From contig OZ249436.1 in the NCBI GenBank assembly GCA_965235115.1, forward strand, positions 8,930,001-8,994,000: a DNA stretch of 64,000 nucleotides, read 5' to 3'. The translations under genes were made by a program, and so were the position numbers. Below the pieces are notes generated by a model. The model saw nothing but the letters and a program-made list of their open reading frames with translations. It was not told the origin of the DNA and did not search any database. Below are positions 35,699 to 48,624 of the stretch, in pieces (the first letter of the stretch is position 1; every line of letters starts with the position of its first letter). This DNA comes from Laetmonice hystrix. Its lineage: Eukaryota.

Positions 35699-38600
35699 GT
35701 TCACTGAGGTAGTGGAAATGAAAGATATAGGCGAGGGGCATCTAATGTTAAAATTTGGAGAAGATACTCAAATGGGAAGTAGATGTCTCACAACCATTTA
35801 TCTATAGCGAACGTACGAGACCTATAGAGGTGACAGTTATACATCTGGCCTAACAATCATAATTTTGGGGTCGTAATTTCAATTTGACGTATCAAAAATG
35901 AAGCCATTTTTCGCTTATCATTGTCTCTCCCATAACCGCCATACGTGCCTGCCAGCCCGGCCAGGTATAAGGTGGTGATTACATGGGTAGCCGGAAGGTA
36001 GCAGTGCAGTCGATGGGAGGCCGCTTCAGTACTGCACCCTGGTGTTTGCTCGCAACATCTCTGTCATCTGTTTCTATTTGGGGATGGGATATCTGATATA
36101 GAAAGGCGAACAACGTCATTTGCCAATGTTAATTAAACCTTTACGGCAAACAGTCACTGGGACTACCGTACAGCGGTGTCTGAGGCTTACAGATGGTCAG
36201 TAGGGGACACAGATTATATGGGGGTAAATGATGGACGAAACGGATGGCCTGCCTCCTGGACAATAAAGGCATGGAAACATGAAACATCAGGCGTCCCTAC
36301 ATTTCTGGCTACAATTGTATAGAAGCAAACCGTACAGTGATGCCAAAGAGTACAGGGAGGCCAAACAGTACAGTGAGGAATCCCTACAAGGTCCTGCATT
36401 GCCTAATACCCAAGCAAACACTACAGTGAGGCCGAACAGTACAGTGAGGCCAAATAGTATACTGTGAGGCCAAGCACTACGAGAGGCTAATCAGTACTCT
36501 GGGAGGTCTCTACATCTTATCGGCTGGCCTACTACCCATGCAAACAGTTCAGTGAGGTAGTGGAAATGAAAGATATAGGCGAGGGGCATCTAATGTTAAA
36601 ATTTGGAGAAGATACTCAAATGGGAAGTAGATATCTCACAACCATTTATCTGTAGCGAACGTACGAGACCTATAGAAGTGACAGTTATACATCTGGCCTA
36701 ACAATCATAATTTTGGGGTCGTAATTTCAATTTGACGTATCAAAAATGAAGCCATTTTTCGCTTATCATTGTCTCCCCCATAAGCGCCATAGGTGCCTGC
36801 CAGCCCGGCCAGGTACAAGGTGGTGATTCCATGGTTAGCCGTAAGGTCGCAGTGCAGTCGGTGGGAGGCCGCTTCAGTACTGCACCCTGGTGTTTGCTTC
36901 CAACCTCTCTGTCATCTCTTTCTACTGGGGGATGGGATATCTGATATAGAAAGGCGAACAACGTCATTTGCCATTTTTAATTAAGCCTTTACGGCAAACA
37001 TCCACTGGGTCTACCATACAACGGTGTCGGACGCTTACAGGTGGTCAGTTGGGGACACAGATTACATGGGGGTAAATGATGGACGAAACGGATGGCCTGC
37101 CTCCTGGACAATAAAGGCGTGGAAACATTAAACACGAGGCGTCCCTACATTTCTGGATACAGTTGTATAGAAGCAAGCAGTACAGTGATGCCAAAGAGTA
37201 CAGGGAGGCCAAACAGTACAGTGAGGAATCCCTACAAGGTGCTGTATTGCCTAATACCCAAGCAAACACTACAGTGAGGCCGAAGAGTACAGTGAGGCCA
37301 ATTAGTATACTGTGAGGCCAAGCACTACGAGAGGCCAATCAATCCTCTGGGAAGTCTCTACATCTTATCGGCTGGCCTACTACCCATGCAAATAGTTCAC
37401 TGAGGTAGTGGAAATGAAAGATATAGGCGAGGGGCATCTAATGTTAAAATTTGGAGAAGATACTCAAATGGGAAGTAGATGTCTCACAACCATTTATCTA
37501 TAGCGAACGTACGAGACCTATAGAGGTGACAGTTATACATCTGGCCTAACAATCATAATTTTGGGGTCGTAATTTCAATTTGACGTATCAAAAATGAAGC
37601 CATTTTTCGCTTATCATTGTCTCTCCCATAAGCGCCATAGGTGCCTACCAGCCCGGCCAGGTATAAGGTGGTGATTACATGGGTAGCCGGAAGGTAGCAG
37701 TGCAGTCGGTGGAAGGCCGCTTCAGTACTGCACCCTGGTGGTTGCTTGCAACATCTCTGTGATCTGTTTCTATTTGGGGATGCGATATCTGATATAGAAA
37801 GGCGAACAACGTCATTTGCCAATGTTAATTAAACCTTTACGGCAAACAGTCACTGGGACTACCGTACAACGGTGTCGGACGCTTACAGATGGTCAGTAGG
37901 GGACACAGATTATATGGGGGTAAATGATGGACGAAACGGATGGCCTGCCTCCTGGACAATAAAGGCATGAAAACATGAAACATGAGGCGTCCCTACATTT
38001 CTGGCTACAGTTGTATAGAAGTAAGCAGTACAGTGATGCCAAAGATTACAGGGAGGCCAAACAGTACAGTGAGGAATCCCTACAAGGTCCTGCATTGCCT
38101 AATACCCAAGCAAACACTACAGTGAGGCCGAACAGTACAGTGAGGCCGAACAGTACAGTGAGGCCAAATAGTATACTGTGAGGCCAAGCACTACGAGAGG
38201 CTAATCAGTACTCTGGGAAGTCTCTACATCTTCTCGGCTGGCCTACTACCCATGCAAATCGTTCACTGAGGTAGTGGAAATGAAAGATATAGGCGAGGGG
38301 CATCTAATGTTAAAATTTGGAGAAGATACTCAAATGGGAAGTAGATGTCTCACAACCATTTATCTATAGCGAACGTACGAGACCTATAGAGGTGACAGTT
38401 ATACATCTGGCCTAACAATCATAATTTTGGGGTCGTAATTTCAATTTGACGTATCAAAAATGAAGCCATTTTTCGCTTATCATTGTCTCCCCCATAAGCG
38501 CCATAGGTGCCTGCCAGTCCGGCCAGGTACAAGGTGGTGATTCCATGGTTAGCAGTAAGGTCGCAGTGCAGTCGGTGAGAGGCCGCTTCAGTACTGCACC

Positions 38601-41600
38601 CTGGTGTTTGCTTCCAACCTCTCTGTCATCTCTTTCTACTGGGGGATGGGATATCTGATATAGAAAGGCGAACAACGTCATTTGCCATTTTTAATTAAGC
38701 CTTTACGGCAAACATCCACTGGGTCTACCATACAACGGTGTCGGACGCTTACAGGTGGTCAGTTGGGGACACAGATTACATGGGGGTAAATGATGGACGA
38801 AACGGATTGCCTGCCTCCTGGACAATAAAGGCGTGGAAACATTAAACACGAGGCGTCCCTACATTTCTGGATACAGTTGTATAGAAGCAAGCAGTACAGT
38901 GATGCCAAAGAGTACAGGGAGGCCAAACAGTACAGTGAGGAATCCCTACAAGGTGCTGTATTGCCTAATACCCAAGCAAACACTACAGTGAGGCCGAACA
39001 GTACAGTGAGGCCAATTAGTATACTGTGAGGCCAAGCACTACGAGAGGCCAATCAATCCTCTGGGAAGTCTCTACATCTTATCGGCTGGCCTACTACCCA
39101 TGCAAATAGTTCACTGAGGTAGTGGAAATGAAAGATATAGGCGAGGGGCATCTAATGTTAAAATTTGGAGAAGATACTCAAATGGGAAGTAGATGTCTCA
39201 CAACCATTTATCTATAGCGAACGTACGAGACCTATAGAGGTGACAGTTATACATCTGGCCTAACAATCATAATTTTGGGGTCGTAATTTCAATTTGACGT
39301 ATCAAAAATGAAGCCATTTTTCGCTTATCATTGTCTCTCCCATAAGCGCCATAGGTGCCTACCAGCCCGGCCAGGTATAAGGTGGTGATTACATGGGTAG
39401 CCGGAAGGTAGCAGTGCAGTCGGTGGAAGGCCGCTTCAGTACTGCACCCTGGTGGTTGCTTGCAACATCTCTGTGATCTGTTTCTATTTGGGGATGCGAT
39501 ATCTGATATAGAAAGGCGAACAACGTCATTTGCCTATGTTAATTAAACCTTTACGGCAAACAGTCACTGGGACTACCGTACAACGGTGTCGGACGCTTAC
39601 AGATGGTCAGTAGGGGACACAGATTATATGGGGGTAAATGATGGACGAAACGGATGGCCTGCCTCCTGGACAATAAAGGCATGAAAACATGAAACATGAG
39701 GCGTCCCTACATTTCTGGCTACAGTTGTATAGAAGTAAGCAGTACAGTGATGCCAAAGATTACAGGGAGGCCAAACAGTACAGTGAGGAATCCCTACAAG
39801 GTCCTGCATTGCCTAATACCCAAGCAAACACTACAGTGAGGCCGAACAGTACAGTGAGGCCGAACAGTACAGTGAGGCCAAATAGTATACTGTGAGGCCA
39901 AGCACTACGAGAGGCTAATCAGTACTCTGGGAAGTCTCTACATCTTCTCGGCTGGCCTACTACCCATGCAAATCGTTCACTGAGGTAGTGGAAATGAAAG
40001 ATATAGGCGAGGGGCATCTAATGTTAAAATTTGGAGAAGATACTCAAATGGGAAGTAGATGTCTCACAACCATTTATCTATAGCGAACGTACGAGACCTA
40101 TAGAGGTGACAGTTATACATCTGGCCTAACAATCATAATTTTGGGGTCGTAATTTCAATTTGACGTATCAAAAATGAAGCCATTTTTCGCTTATCATTGT
40201 CTCTCCCATAACCGCCATACGTGCCTGCCAGCCCGGCCAGGTATAAGGTGGTGATTACATGGGTAGCCGGAAGGTAGCAGTGCAGTCGATGGGAGGCCGC
40301 TTCAGTACTGCACCCTGGTGTTTGCTCGCAACATCTCTGTCATCTGTTTCTATTTGGGGATGGGATATCTGATATAGAAAGGCGAACAACGTCATTTGCC
40401 AATGTTAATTAAACCTTTACGGCAAACAGTCACTGGGACTACCGTACAGCGGTGTCTGACGCTTACAGATGGTCAGTAGGGGACACAGATTATATGGGGG
40501 TAAATGATGGACGAAACGGATGGCCTGCCTCCTGGACAATAAAGGCATGGAAACATGAAACATCAGGCGTCCCTACATTTCTGGCTACAGTTGTATAGAA
40601 GCAAACCGTACAGTGATGCCAAAGAGTACAGGGAGGCCAAACAGTACAGTGAGGAATCCCTACAAGGTCCTGCATTGCCTAATACCCAAGCAAACACTAC
40701 AGTGAGGCCGAACAGTACAGTGAGGCCAAATAGTATACTGTGAGGCCAAGCACTACGAGAGGCTAATCAGTACTCTGGGAAGTCTCTACATCTTCTCGGC
40801 TGGCCTACTACCCATGCAAATCGTTCACTGAGGTAGTGGAAATGAAAGATATAGGCGAGGGGCATCTAATGTTAAAATTTGGAGAAGATACTCAAATGGG
40901 AAGTAGATGTCTCACAACCATTTATCTATAGCGAACGTACGAGACCTATAGAGGTGACAGTTATACATCTGGCCTAACAATCATAATTTTGGGGTCGTAA
41001 TTTCAATTTGACGTATCAAAAATGAAGCCATTTTTCGCTTATCATTGTCTCTCCCATAACCGCCATACGTGCCTGCCAGCCCGGCCAGGTATAAGGTGGT
41101 GATTACATGGGTAGCCGGAAGGTAGCAGTGCAGTCGATGGGAGGCCGCTTCAGTACTGCACCCTGGTGTTTGCTCGCAACATCTCTGTCATCTGTTTCTA
41201 TTTGGGGATGGGATATCTGATATAGAAAGGCGAACAACGTCATTTGCCAATGTTAATTAAACCTTTACGGCAAACAGTCACTGGGACTACCGTACAGCGG
41301 TGTCTGACGCTTACAGATGGTCAGTAGGGGACACAGATTATATGGGGGTAAATGATGGACGAAACGGATGGCCTGCCTCCTGGACAATAAAGGCATGGAA
41401 ACATTAAACATGAGGCGTCCCTACATTTCTGGCTACAGTTGTATAGAAGCAAACCGTACAGTGATGCCAAAGAGTACAGGGAGGCCAAACAGTACAGTGA
41501 GGAATCCCTACAAGGTCCTGCATTGCCTAATACCCAAGCAGACACTACAGTGAGGCCGAACAGTACAATTGGCCAAATAGTATACTGTGAGGCCAAGCAC

Positions 41601-43379
41601 TACGAGAGGCTAATCAGTACTCTGGGAAGTCTCTACATCTTATCGGCTGGCCTACTACCCATGCAAACAGTTCAGTGAGGTAGTGGAAATGAAAGATATA
41701 GGCGAGGGGCATCTAATGTTAAAATTTGGTGAAGATACTCAAATGGGAAGTAGATATCTCACAACCATTTATCTGTAGCGAACGTACGAGACCTATAGAG
41801 GTGACAATTATACATCTGGCCTAACAATCATAATTTTGGGGTCGTAATTTCAATTTGACGTATCAAAAATGAAGCCATTTTTCGCTTATCATTGTCTCTC
41901 CCATAAGCGCCATAGGTGCCTACCAGCCCGGCCAGGTATAAGGTGGTGATTACATGGGTAGCCGGAAGGTAGCAGTGCAGTCGGTGGAAGGCCGCTTCAG
42001 TACTGCACCCTGGTGTTTGCTTCCAACCTCTCTGTCATCTCTTTCTTCTGGGGGATGGGATATCTGATATAGAAAGGCGAACAACGTCATTTGCCATTTT
42101 TAATTAAGCCTTTACGGCAAACATCCACTGGGTCTACCATACAACGGTGTCGGACGCTTACAGGTGGTCAGTTGGGGACACAGATTACATGGGGGTAAAT
42201 GATGGACGAAACGGATTGCCTGCCTCCTGGACAATAAAGGCGTGGAAACATTAAACACGAGGCGTCCCTACATTTCTGGATACAGTTGTATAGAAGCAAG
42301 CAGTACAGTGATGCCAAAGAGTACAGGGAGGCCAAACAGTACAGTGAGGAATCCCTACAAGGTGCTGTATTGCCTAATACCCAAGCAAACACTACAGTGA
42401 GGCCGAACAGTACAGTGAGGCCAATTAGTATACTGTGAGGCCAAGCACTACGAGAGGCCAATCAATCCTCTGGGAAGTCTCTACATCTTATCGGCTGGCC
42501 TACTACCCATGCAAATAGTTCACTGAGGTAGTGGAAATGAAAGATATAGGCGAGGGGCATCTAATGTTAAAATTTGGAGAAGATACTCAAATGGGAAGTA
42601 GATGTCTCACAACCATTTATCTATAGCGAACGTACGAGACCTATAGAGGTGACAGTTATACATCTGGCCTAACAATCATAATTTTGGGGTCGTAATTTCA
42701 ATTTGACGTATCAAAAATGAAGCCATTTTTCGCTTATCTTTGTCTCTCCCATAAGCGCCATAGGTGCCTACCAGCCCGGCCAGGTATAAGGTGGTGATTA
42801 CATGGGTAGCCGGAAGGTAGCAGTGCAGTCGGTGGAAGGCCGCTTCAGTACTGCACCCTGGTTGTTGCTTGCAACATCTCTGTGATCTGTGTCTATTTGG
42901 GGATGCGATATCTGATATAGAAAGGCGAACAACGTCATTTGCCTATGTTAATTAAACCTTTACGGCAAACAGTCACTGGGACTACCGTACAACGGTGTCG
43001 GACGCTTACAGATGGTCAGTAGGGGACACAGATTATATGGGGGTAAATGATGGACGAAACGGATGGCCTGCCTCCTGGACAATAAAGGCATGAAAACATG
43101 AAACATGAGGCGTCCCTACATTTCTGGCTACAGTTGTATAGAAGTAAGCAGTACAGTGATGCCAAAGATTACAGGGAGGCCAAACAGTACAGTGAGGAAT
43201 CCCTACAAGGTCCTGCATTGCCTAATACCCAAGCAAACACTACAGTGAGGCCGAACAGTACAGTGAGGCCGAACAGTACAGTGAGGCCAAATAGTATACT
43301 GTGAGGCCAAGCACTACGAGAGGCTAATCAGTACTCTGGGAAGTCTCTACATCTTCTCGGCTGGCCTACTACCCATGCA
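35695..43379. repeat. 848/866-bp satellite, segment 2 (~9 monomers)
   Basis: Anchors at 35813, 36661, 37509, 38375, 39223, 40089, 40937, 41784, 42632. Confidence 0.98.
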
Positions 43380-43507
43380 GACTAGTAATGGAGTAACGAC
43401 GCACGTTTAAAAGCCCCGTGGAAATCCCTCTAATAATAACCTAAAAGAAGACGAAGGGACAGTGAACAAATACGGTTGATACAGATTTGGAACTTGTGTA
43501 AGTCAAA

Positions 43508-44820
43508 ATGCCTAAGAGAGATGAAAATTGTCGGAAAACAAGAGGAAACGTGACGATAGAAGAAAACGTGAGCGATAATGGGGGAGATGATGATGGTGCC
43601 GACATACGCCAAATGATAAGACAGCTGCAGGCGACAGTCATTTCTGAGGTAGATGGCCTGAGAAAACTGATTAATGATCAGAATGCAGAACTACGAGATA
43701 ATTTAGAAGAAATCAAGAAGTCGGTTACAGATTCCCAATGCGAAATTGTTGAACTAAAAGACATAGGCTAAACAAGAAACAGCAAGCGGAGATAGACGAG
43801 CTCAAAGAAGACCTGAGACAGACGAACCATAAAATGGACACCATTCATGCCTATGTTAAAAAAGTGGACACTAATCAGCTGAAACATGAATCCTACACCC
43901 GTCAGTATAATATAATACTCTCAGGGATTGAAGAGAAAGAGCAAGAAGATATAGGACGGACTGTGATCAAACTAATATCGGAGGACTTTCAGGTGAACGT
44001 AGGAACAGCCGACTTCGACAAGATACACCGCTATGGACGATCGTGGAACGGCAAACCAAGGCCTGTCATAGCAAAATGTTACTCTCTTACAACAAGGGAC
44101 AGGATACTAAAGGCAAGAACACGAGGGCAACAACATGGAAATAGTAGAATCTTCATTAGTGAAGATTTCCCTGAGGAGATACGGTTCCAGAGAGCTGATC
44201 TACGGACGGTTGCTAACAATGCCAAATACCTGGGCCACACAGCGAGTCTGAAGGGAGACACAGTTAATATTGATGGTCAAAGCTATAAGTATCGGGACTT
44301 AGATCTCCTATCGCCAGATCTGTCACTAGCAGCTGCAAAAACTGTAAGTACGGAAACCAGCATTGCTTTCCAAGGAAAGCACAACCCCCTGAGTAACTTT
44401 TACCCGTGTCAAATAAAAGATGCTAATGGGCATATCTACAGTAGTGCGGAACAATTGTACCAAGTAAGGAAAGCCAAATACATTGGTAGAGATGACATCG
44501 CGGCTAAGATGCTGAGCGAGAATGACCCATTGACCATCAAAAGACTGGGAGACAATATAAAGGTGCCCAGGGGCAATGACTGGGAAACTGCAAAACTGGA
44601 CATCATGCACATTACGGCAAAAGATAAATTTTCACAGACTCCCGAACTGAAACAAATCTTGTTAGAAACTGGAACAAAAAACTTAGTTCATGCAACTCCA
44701 GACCGTTTTTGGGGATGCGGAAGTTATCTCCACTCTGAAGAAATAAAGCAGAGCAGTTGGACAGGAAGGAATCATATGGGGAAAATTCTAGCTACAGTTA
44801 GGCAAGAACTTACAAACTAA
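43508..44820 (+). pseudogene. Frameshifted ORF1 (coiled coil-RRM-NADAR) of LINE copy 2
   Basis: GGCTA inserted after GACATA gives a stop after 87 aa (43508-43771). The remainder stays open from 43834 (328 aa, RRM+NADAR, identical to copy 1). Confidence 0.92.
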
Positions 44821-45050
44821 TATGATGCATATAGTATCTAACCCTTTGAAGTCAAACCAATATGATGCATATAGTATAACCCTAAGTCAAAATATATTAA
44901 AGTAATATTTAAATACTGGGGGAGGAACACTAGGGGCTTGTATAGGCATTATGTGTAAGACATTAATTAAGATAACATATGATGTGAAAAATGTATATTT
45001 TAGCATAATTTATGTACTGCTACTTGGTAATATCCATGTAATAAATATGG

Positions 45051-48000
45051 ATGACAAACAGAGTAATGGATGACACTAGTCTATGTATAAAATGCCAAGT
45101 CAAAAATGCTATATGTGAAGGTCTTTGTGATGATTGTGCCATATTCTGTCTTCCATTCAGAGACCTTGAATGTCTCATGGAATGTTTGTCAGGTTTTGAT
45201 AAAGATATTTTTGATACAACAAACTACCTAGCAGATATATCTGATACTTTCCTAGATAATTGGACAAATCAAAGGTTAAAGGCCATATCAAGCTCAACAT
45301 GTCAGTATTATAAGGACTGTGATTTTATTGAGTATGCAGCCCAGCATGATATACTACTAGCATTTAATATAAGAAGTATACCAAAAAACTTAGATTCTTT
45401 TATAACTGAGTTTTATGAGGCTCTGAGTAACAAGTTAAGTATAGTATGCTTTGTCGAGACATGGTACAACCATGATACCATAGAGGTATACAAACTAATC
45501 AATTATAATGGTACACATGTCTATCGGTCAGGCAAAAAAGGTGGGGGAGTATCTATCTTTGTTAAAAACAATATTAATTACACTAGATTGGAGAGGTTTT
45601 GCATTAACGAGTTGTATATGGAAAGTGTTGCTATTCATATCAAGTCCAGTGAAATATATAGTGAAAAAAATATCATTGTGATTAATATTTACAGACCTCC
45701 AGGTGCAAAACTTGATCAATTCATGACACAAATGGAACAGATGCTAGATGAGCTGTCTGATCATGAAGAATATATATATCTTGTAGGAGATTTTAATATA
45801 GATTTGACAAAATATGGCTCCGGTATTGAAAATCATTCTTCCAGGTTTATTAATCTGGGCCTAAGTTACGATTTTAAGCCAATCATATCCCTTCCTACTA
45901 GATTGGGTAAAAACAGCAATACCACATTAGATAACATTTTGACAAATTATCCCGGAAACAACCAATCTGGAGTTATACAAACCAGCATTTCGGATCATTT
46001 TCCAATCTTTGTGAGTTTGCACCAAAAAAACATACTAGAACCTACCAAGGAAAAAAACAAAGCCTGGAACTATAATAAAACAACAATTACTGAATATTGT
46101 AAACTTATCGATGAAATGGAGACCACAGATGTTAGAAATTATTCTACCCAAGAATTATATACAAATTTTAATAAACAAATGGATGAGGCACACAAAAAGG
46201 TTTTTACTAAAGTTGAAAAAAACAAAAACTATTCTAATAGGCTCCCATGGGTTGGTGGAAAATTAAAAAATATGATACGACAAAAAAATAGGCTCTATAT
46301 TAAATGGAAAAAATATAAAACTCAGGTTAATCACAAAAATTATAAACAATATAAAACAATGTGTGCGAGAGAACTTAAAAGTGCAGAGCGAGAATATTAT
46401 CGTTATAAAATCCAACATGCTCATAATAGTAGCAGGCAACAGTGGGGTATAATTAATCAACTATTGGGGAAGACAATTAATTATAAAATTCCTAAACTCC
46501 CTCTTAAAGATAATGAAGAGATTATGAATTACACTCAATTAGCTAATGCGTTCAACTTATATTTCTCTAATATAGGTTGCAAACTCGCAAACTTAATCCC
46601 TACTACAACTTTAAACTATTTAGACTGCATGGATCCACCGATTGAACAAAGTCTATTTCTAGCACCAGTTGTTAACCAAGAAATTATTACTATATTTAAC
46701 AATATAAGAACAAACGCTGCAGGCATCGACCATATTTCTAAAAAAATGATCAAGAATAAATACCACACTGTAGCAAATCACATAGTACACATTATAAACT
46801 GTAGTTTTTTAGAAGGTGTTGTGCCAAAAGAATTAAAAATTGCTAAAGTCAACCCCTTTTTTAAATCAGGTGATAAAGATATTCTAGGTAATTATAGACC
46901 TATTGCAATACTACCATTATTTTCTAAAATCTGGGAAAAATTATTTTATGATCGGCTTCTTAAATTTTTATCCCATAAGAACATACTATATAATTATCAA
47001 TATGGGTTTAGAAAAAAACATTCTACAGAGCATGCTGTAATGGCACTTCAAAACTATGTAAACGCTGCTTTCGAGAGAGGTGAATATGTTGTTGGAATAT
47101 TTCTCGACCTATCGAAAGCATTCGATACATTAAATAAAGACATTTTAATCAACAAATTACATCGATATGGAATTAGAGGTACACCTAGTAAATGGATAAG
47201 AAGTTATTTAACAGAGCGCTTACAACAAACAATATTAACTAGGAAAGATATACTATCAAATAGCAGTCCCATTGACATAGGCGTTCCGCAGGGCTCAATA
47301 TTGGGGCCGATTCTTTTCCTGTTATATATAAATGATCTACCGAATTTTGATGAGGAAGTTTTCACACTAATGTTCGCTGACGATAGTAGTCTTTTCTTAT
47401 CGGGGCCCAACCTAGATGAATTAATGTTTAAGGCACAAAATATAATTGTTAAAGTTAAAGCCTGGATAGATACAAATAAACTATCGCTAAACCTTAACAA
47501 AACAAAATACATGATATTTTCAAAAAGAGAGATAATTAGGAACTATAACTATATAAGTATCGAAGAATCCAGAATCGAACGAGTCACTCATATTAAATTT
47601 TTAGGTTTCACAATTCAAGAAAATTTAAAATGGTCTTTCCATGTAAATAATATATTGCAGAAAATCTCAAAAGGCATAGCAATACTTAGGAAAGTTAGAA
47701 AATACCTACATAAAGATGCTTTGTTGAGTATTTATTATTCATTTATATACCCTTATATTCAGAGGGGACTTATTATTTGGGGCAGTGACTTAAAAAGCAA
47801 TATGGTTGATATTTTGCGAAAACAAAAACAAGCAGTTCGTATTATAGCTGGAATAAAGTATAGAGAACACACTGTACCCCATTTCAAACAACTAGAGATA
47901 CTACCAATCGACCTACTCTACAAGCAACAATTAATCATTCTAATGTATAATGTTTTCCATCAAAGGTGTCCAGACCATATATCAAAATTATTTAAATTAA

Positions 48001-48218
48001 ATCGAGAAGTAAATACCAATACAAAAACGAGACAAGCAGACGACTATTTTATCCCAAAAGCAAAATGTAAGACAACCATTAATAGTCCAAAAATCCAAGC
48101 TCCAAAATTGTATAATAATTATAAAAACCAGTTAGATTTTCACAACTCTTTAGGAGCACAGAAACGTATGGTTAAAAAGATGTTATTAAACTCATATACA
48201 GAAAATCTGGATAGTTAA
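45051..48218 (+). CDS. LINE ORF2p (1055 aa) APE endonuclease-reverse transcriptase, copy 2
   Basis: Protein appears identical to 32126-35293 in the ORF track. Confidence 0.97.
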   Translation: MTNRVMDDTSLCIKCQVKNAICEGLCDDCAIFCLPFRDLECLMECLSGFDKDIFDTTNYLADISDTFLDNWTNQRLKAISSSTCQYYKDCDFIEYAAQHDILLAFNIRSIPKNLDSFITEFYEALSNKLSIVCFVETWYNHDTIEVYKLINYNGTHVYRSGKKGGGVSIFVKNNINYTRLERFCINELYMESVAIHIKSSEIYSEKNIIVINIYRPPGAKLDQFMTQMEQMLDELSDHEEYIYLVGDFNIDLTKYGSGIENHSSRFINLGLSYDFKPIISLPTRLGKNSNTTLDNILTNYPGNNQSGVIQTSISDHFPIFVSLHQKNILEPTKEKNKAWNYNKTTITEYCKLIDEMETTDVRNYSTQELYTNFNKQMDEAHKKVFTKVEKNKNYSNRLPWVGGKLKNMIRQKNRLYIKWKKYKTQVNHKNYKQYKTMCARELKSAEREYYRYKIQHAHNSSRQQWGIINQLLGKTINYKIPKLPLKDNEEIMNYTQLANAFNLYFSNIGCKLANLIPTTTLNYLDCMDPPIEQSLFLAPVVNQEIITIFNNIRTNAAGIDHISKKMIKNKYHTVANHIVHIINCSFLEGVVPKELKIAKVNPFFKSGDKDILGNYRPIAILPLFSKIWEKLFYDRLLKFLSHKNILYNYQYGFRKKHSTEHAVMALQNYVNAAFERGEYVVGIFLDLSKAFDTLNKDILINKLHRYGIRGTPSKWIRSYLTERLQQTILTRKDILSNSSPIDIGVPQGSILGPILFLLYINDLPNFDEEVFTLMFADDSSLFLSGPNLDELMFKAQNIIVKVKAWIDTNKLSLNLNKTKYMIFSKREIIRNYNYISIEESRIERVTHIKFLGFTIQENLKWSFHVNNILQKISKGIAILRKVRKYLHKDALLSIYYSFIYPYIQRGLIIWGSDLKSNMVDILRKQKQAVRIIAGIKYREHTVPHFKQLEILPIDLLYKQQLIILMYNVFHQRCPDHISKLFKLNREVNTNTKTRQADDYFIPKAKCKTTINSPKIQAPKLYNNYKNQLDFHNSLGAQKRMVKKMLLNSYTENLDS

Positions 48219-48590
48219 GCCAAGAGCTTGTATTGTTAGACTTATTCTATAGCTTGGCACTTAAAAGGCAGCTGACTGTTTTTATTAAGATGGTTTCCAT
48301 ATTACCAGTAACTTTATTAAATATAATACTATGTTATGCTCACATCGATGTACATATGTAAGAATGTTTGGGTCAGGGAGAAACTTTATGTACAAAAGTT
48401 TAGGTATAGAGGTAGGGGTGTGTGTTATTCCATATTAACAATCTCTTTCTGATACTGAACGTATTCGCAGGTTGTGATTAACTTCATTATTATTGTTAAA
48501 AGTGACACATGTTTGAGCACCAATAAGCCATGGGCTTCAGTGTTCAGTAATATAAATCACCGATTGAAAATGTATGACACTTGAGATGAA

Positions 48591-48620
<30 letters not shown>

Positions 48621-48624
<4 letters not shown>

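Larger units (their letters stand above)
43380..48620 (+). mobile_element. Non-LTR retrotransposon, copy 2 (near-identical duplicate of copy 1)
   Basis: Same 5' junction (CATGCA|GACTAG) and 3' junction (polyA|TCGTTCAC). Differences seen: 5-bp insertion at 43766-43770, synonymous A>C at 45641, one extra A in the tail. Confidence 0.95.

Noticed and set aside
30460..48620. Sequence-specific targeting of the satellite by the LINE (two copies at the same site)
   Set aside because: Shared private flank variants and identical junctions indicate one insertion duplicated afterwards; two independent events are not supported.
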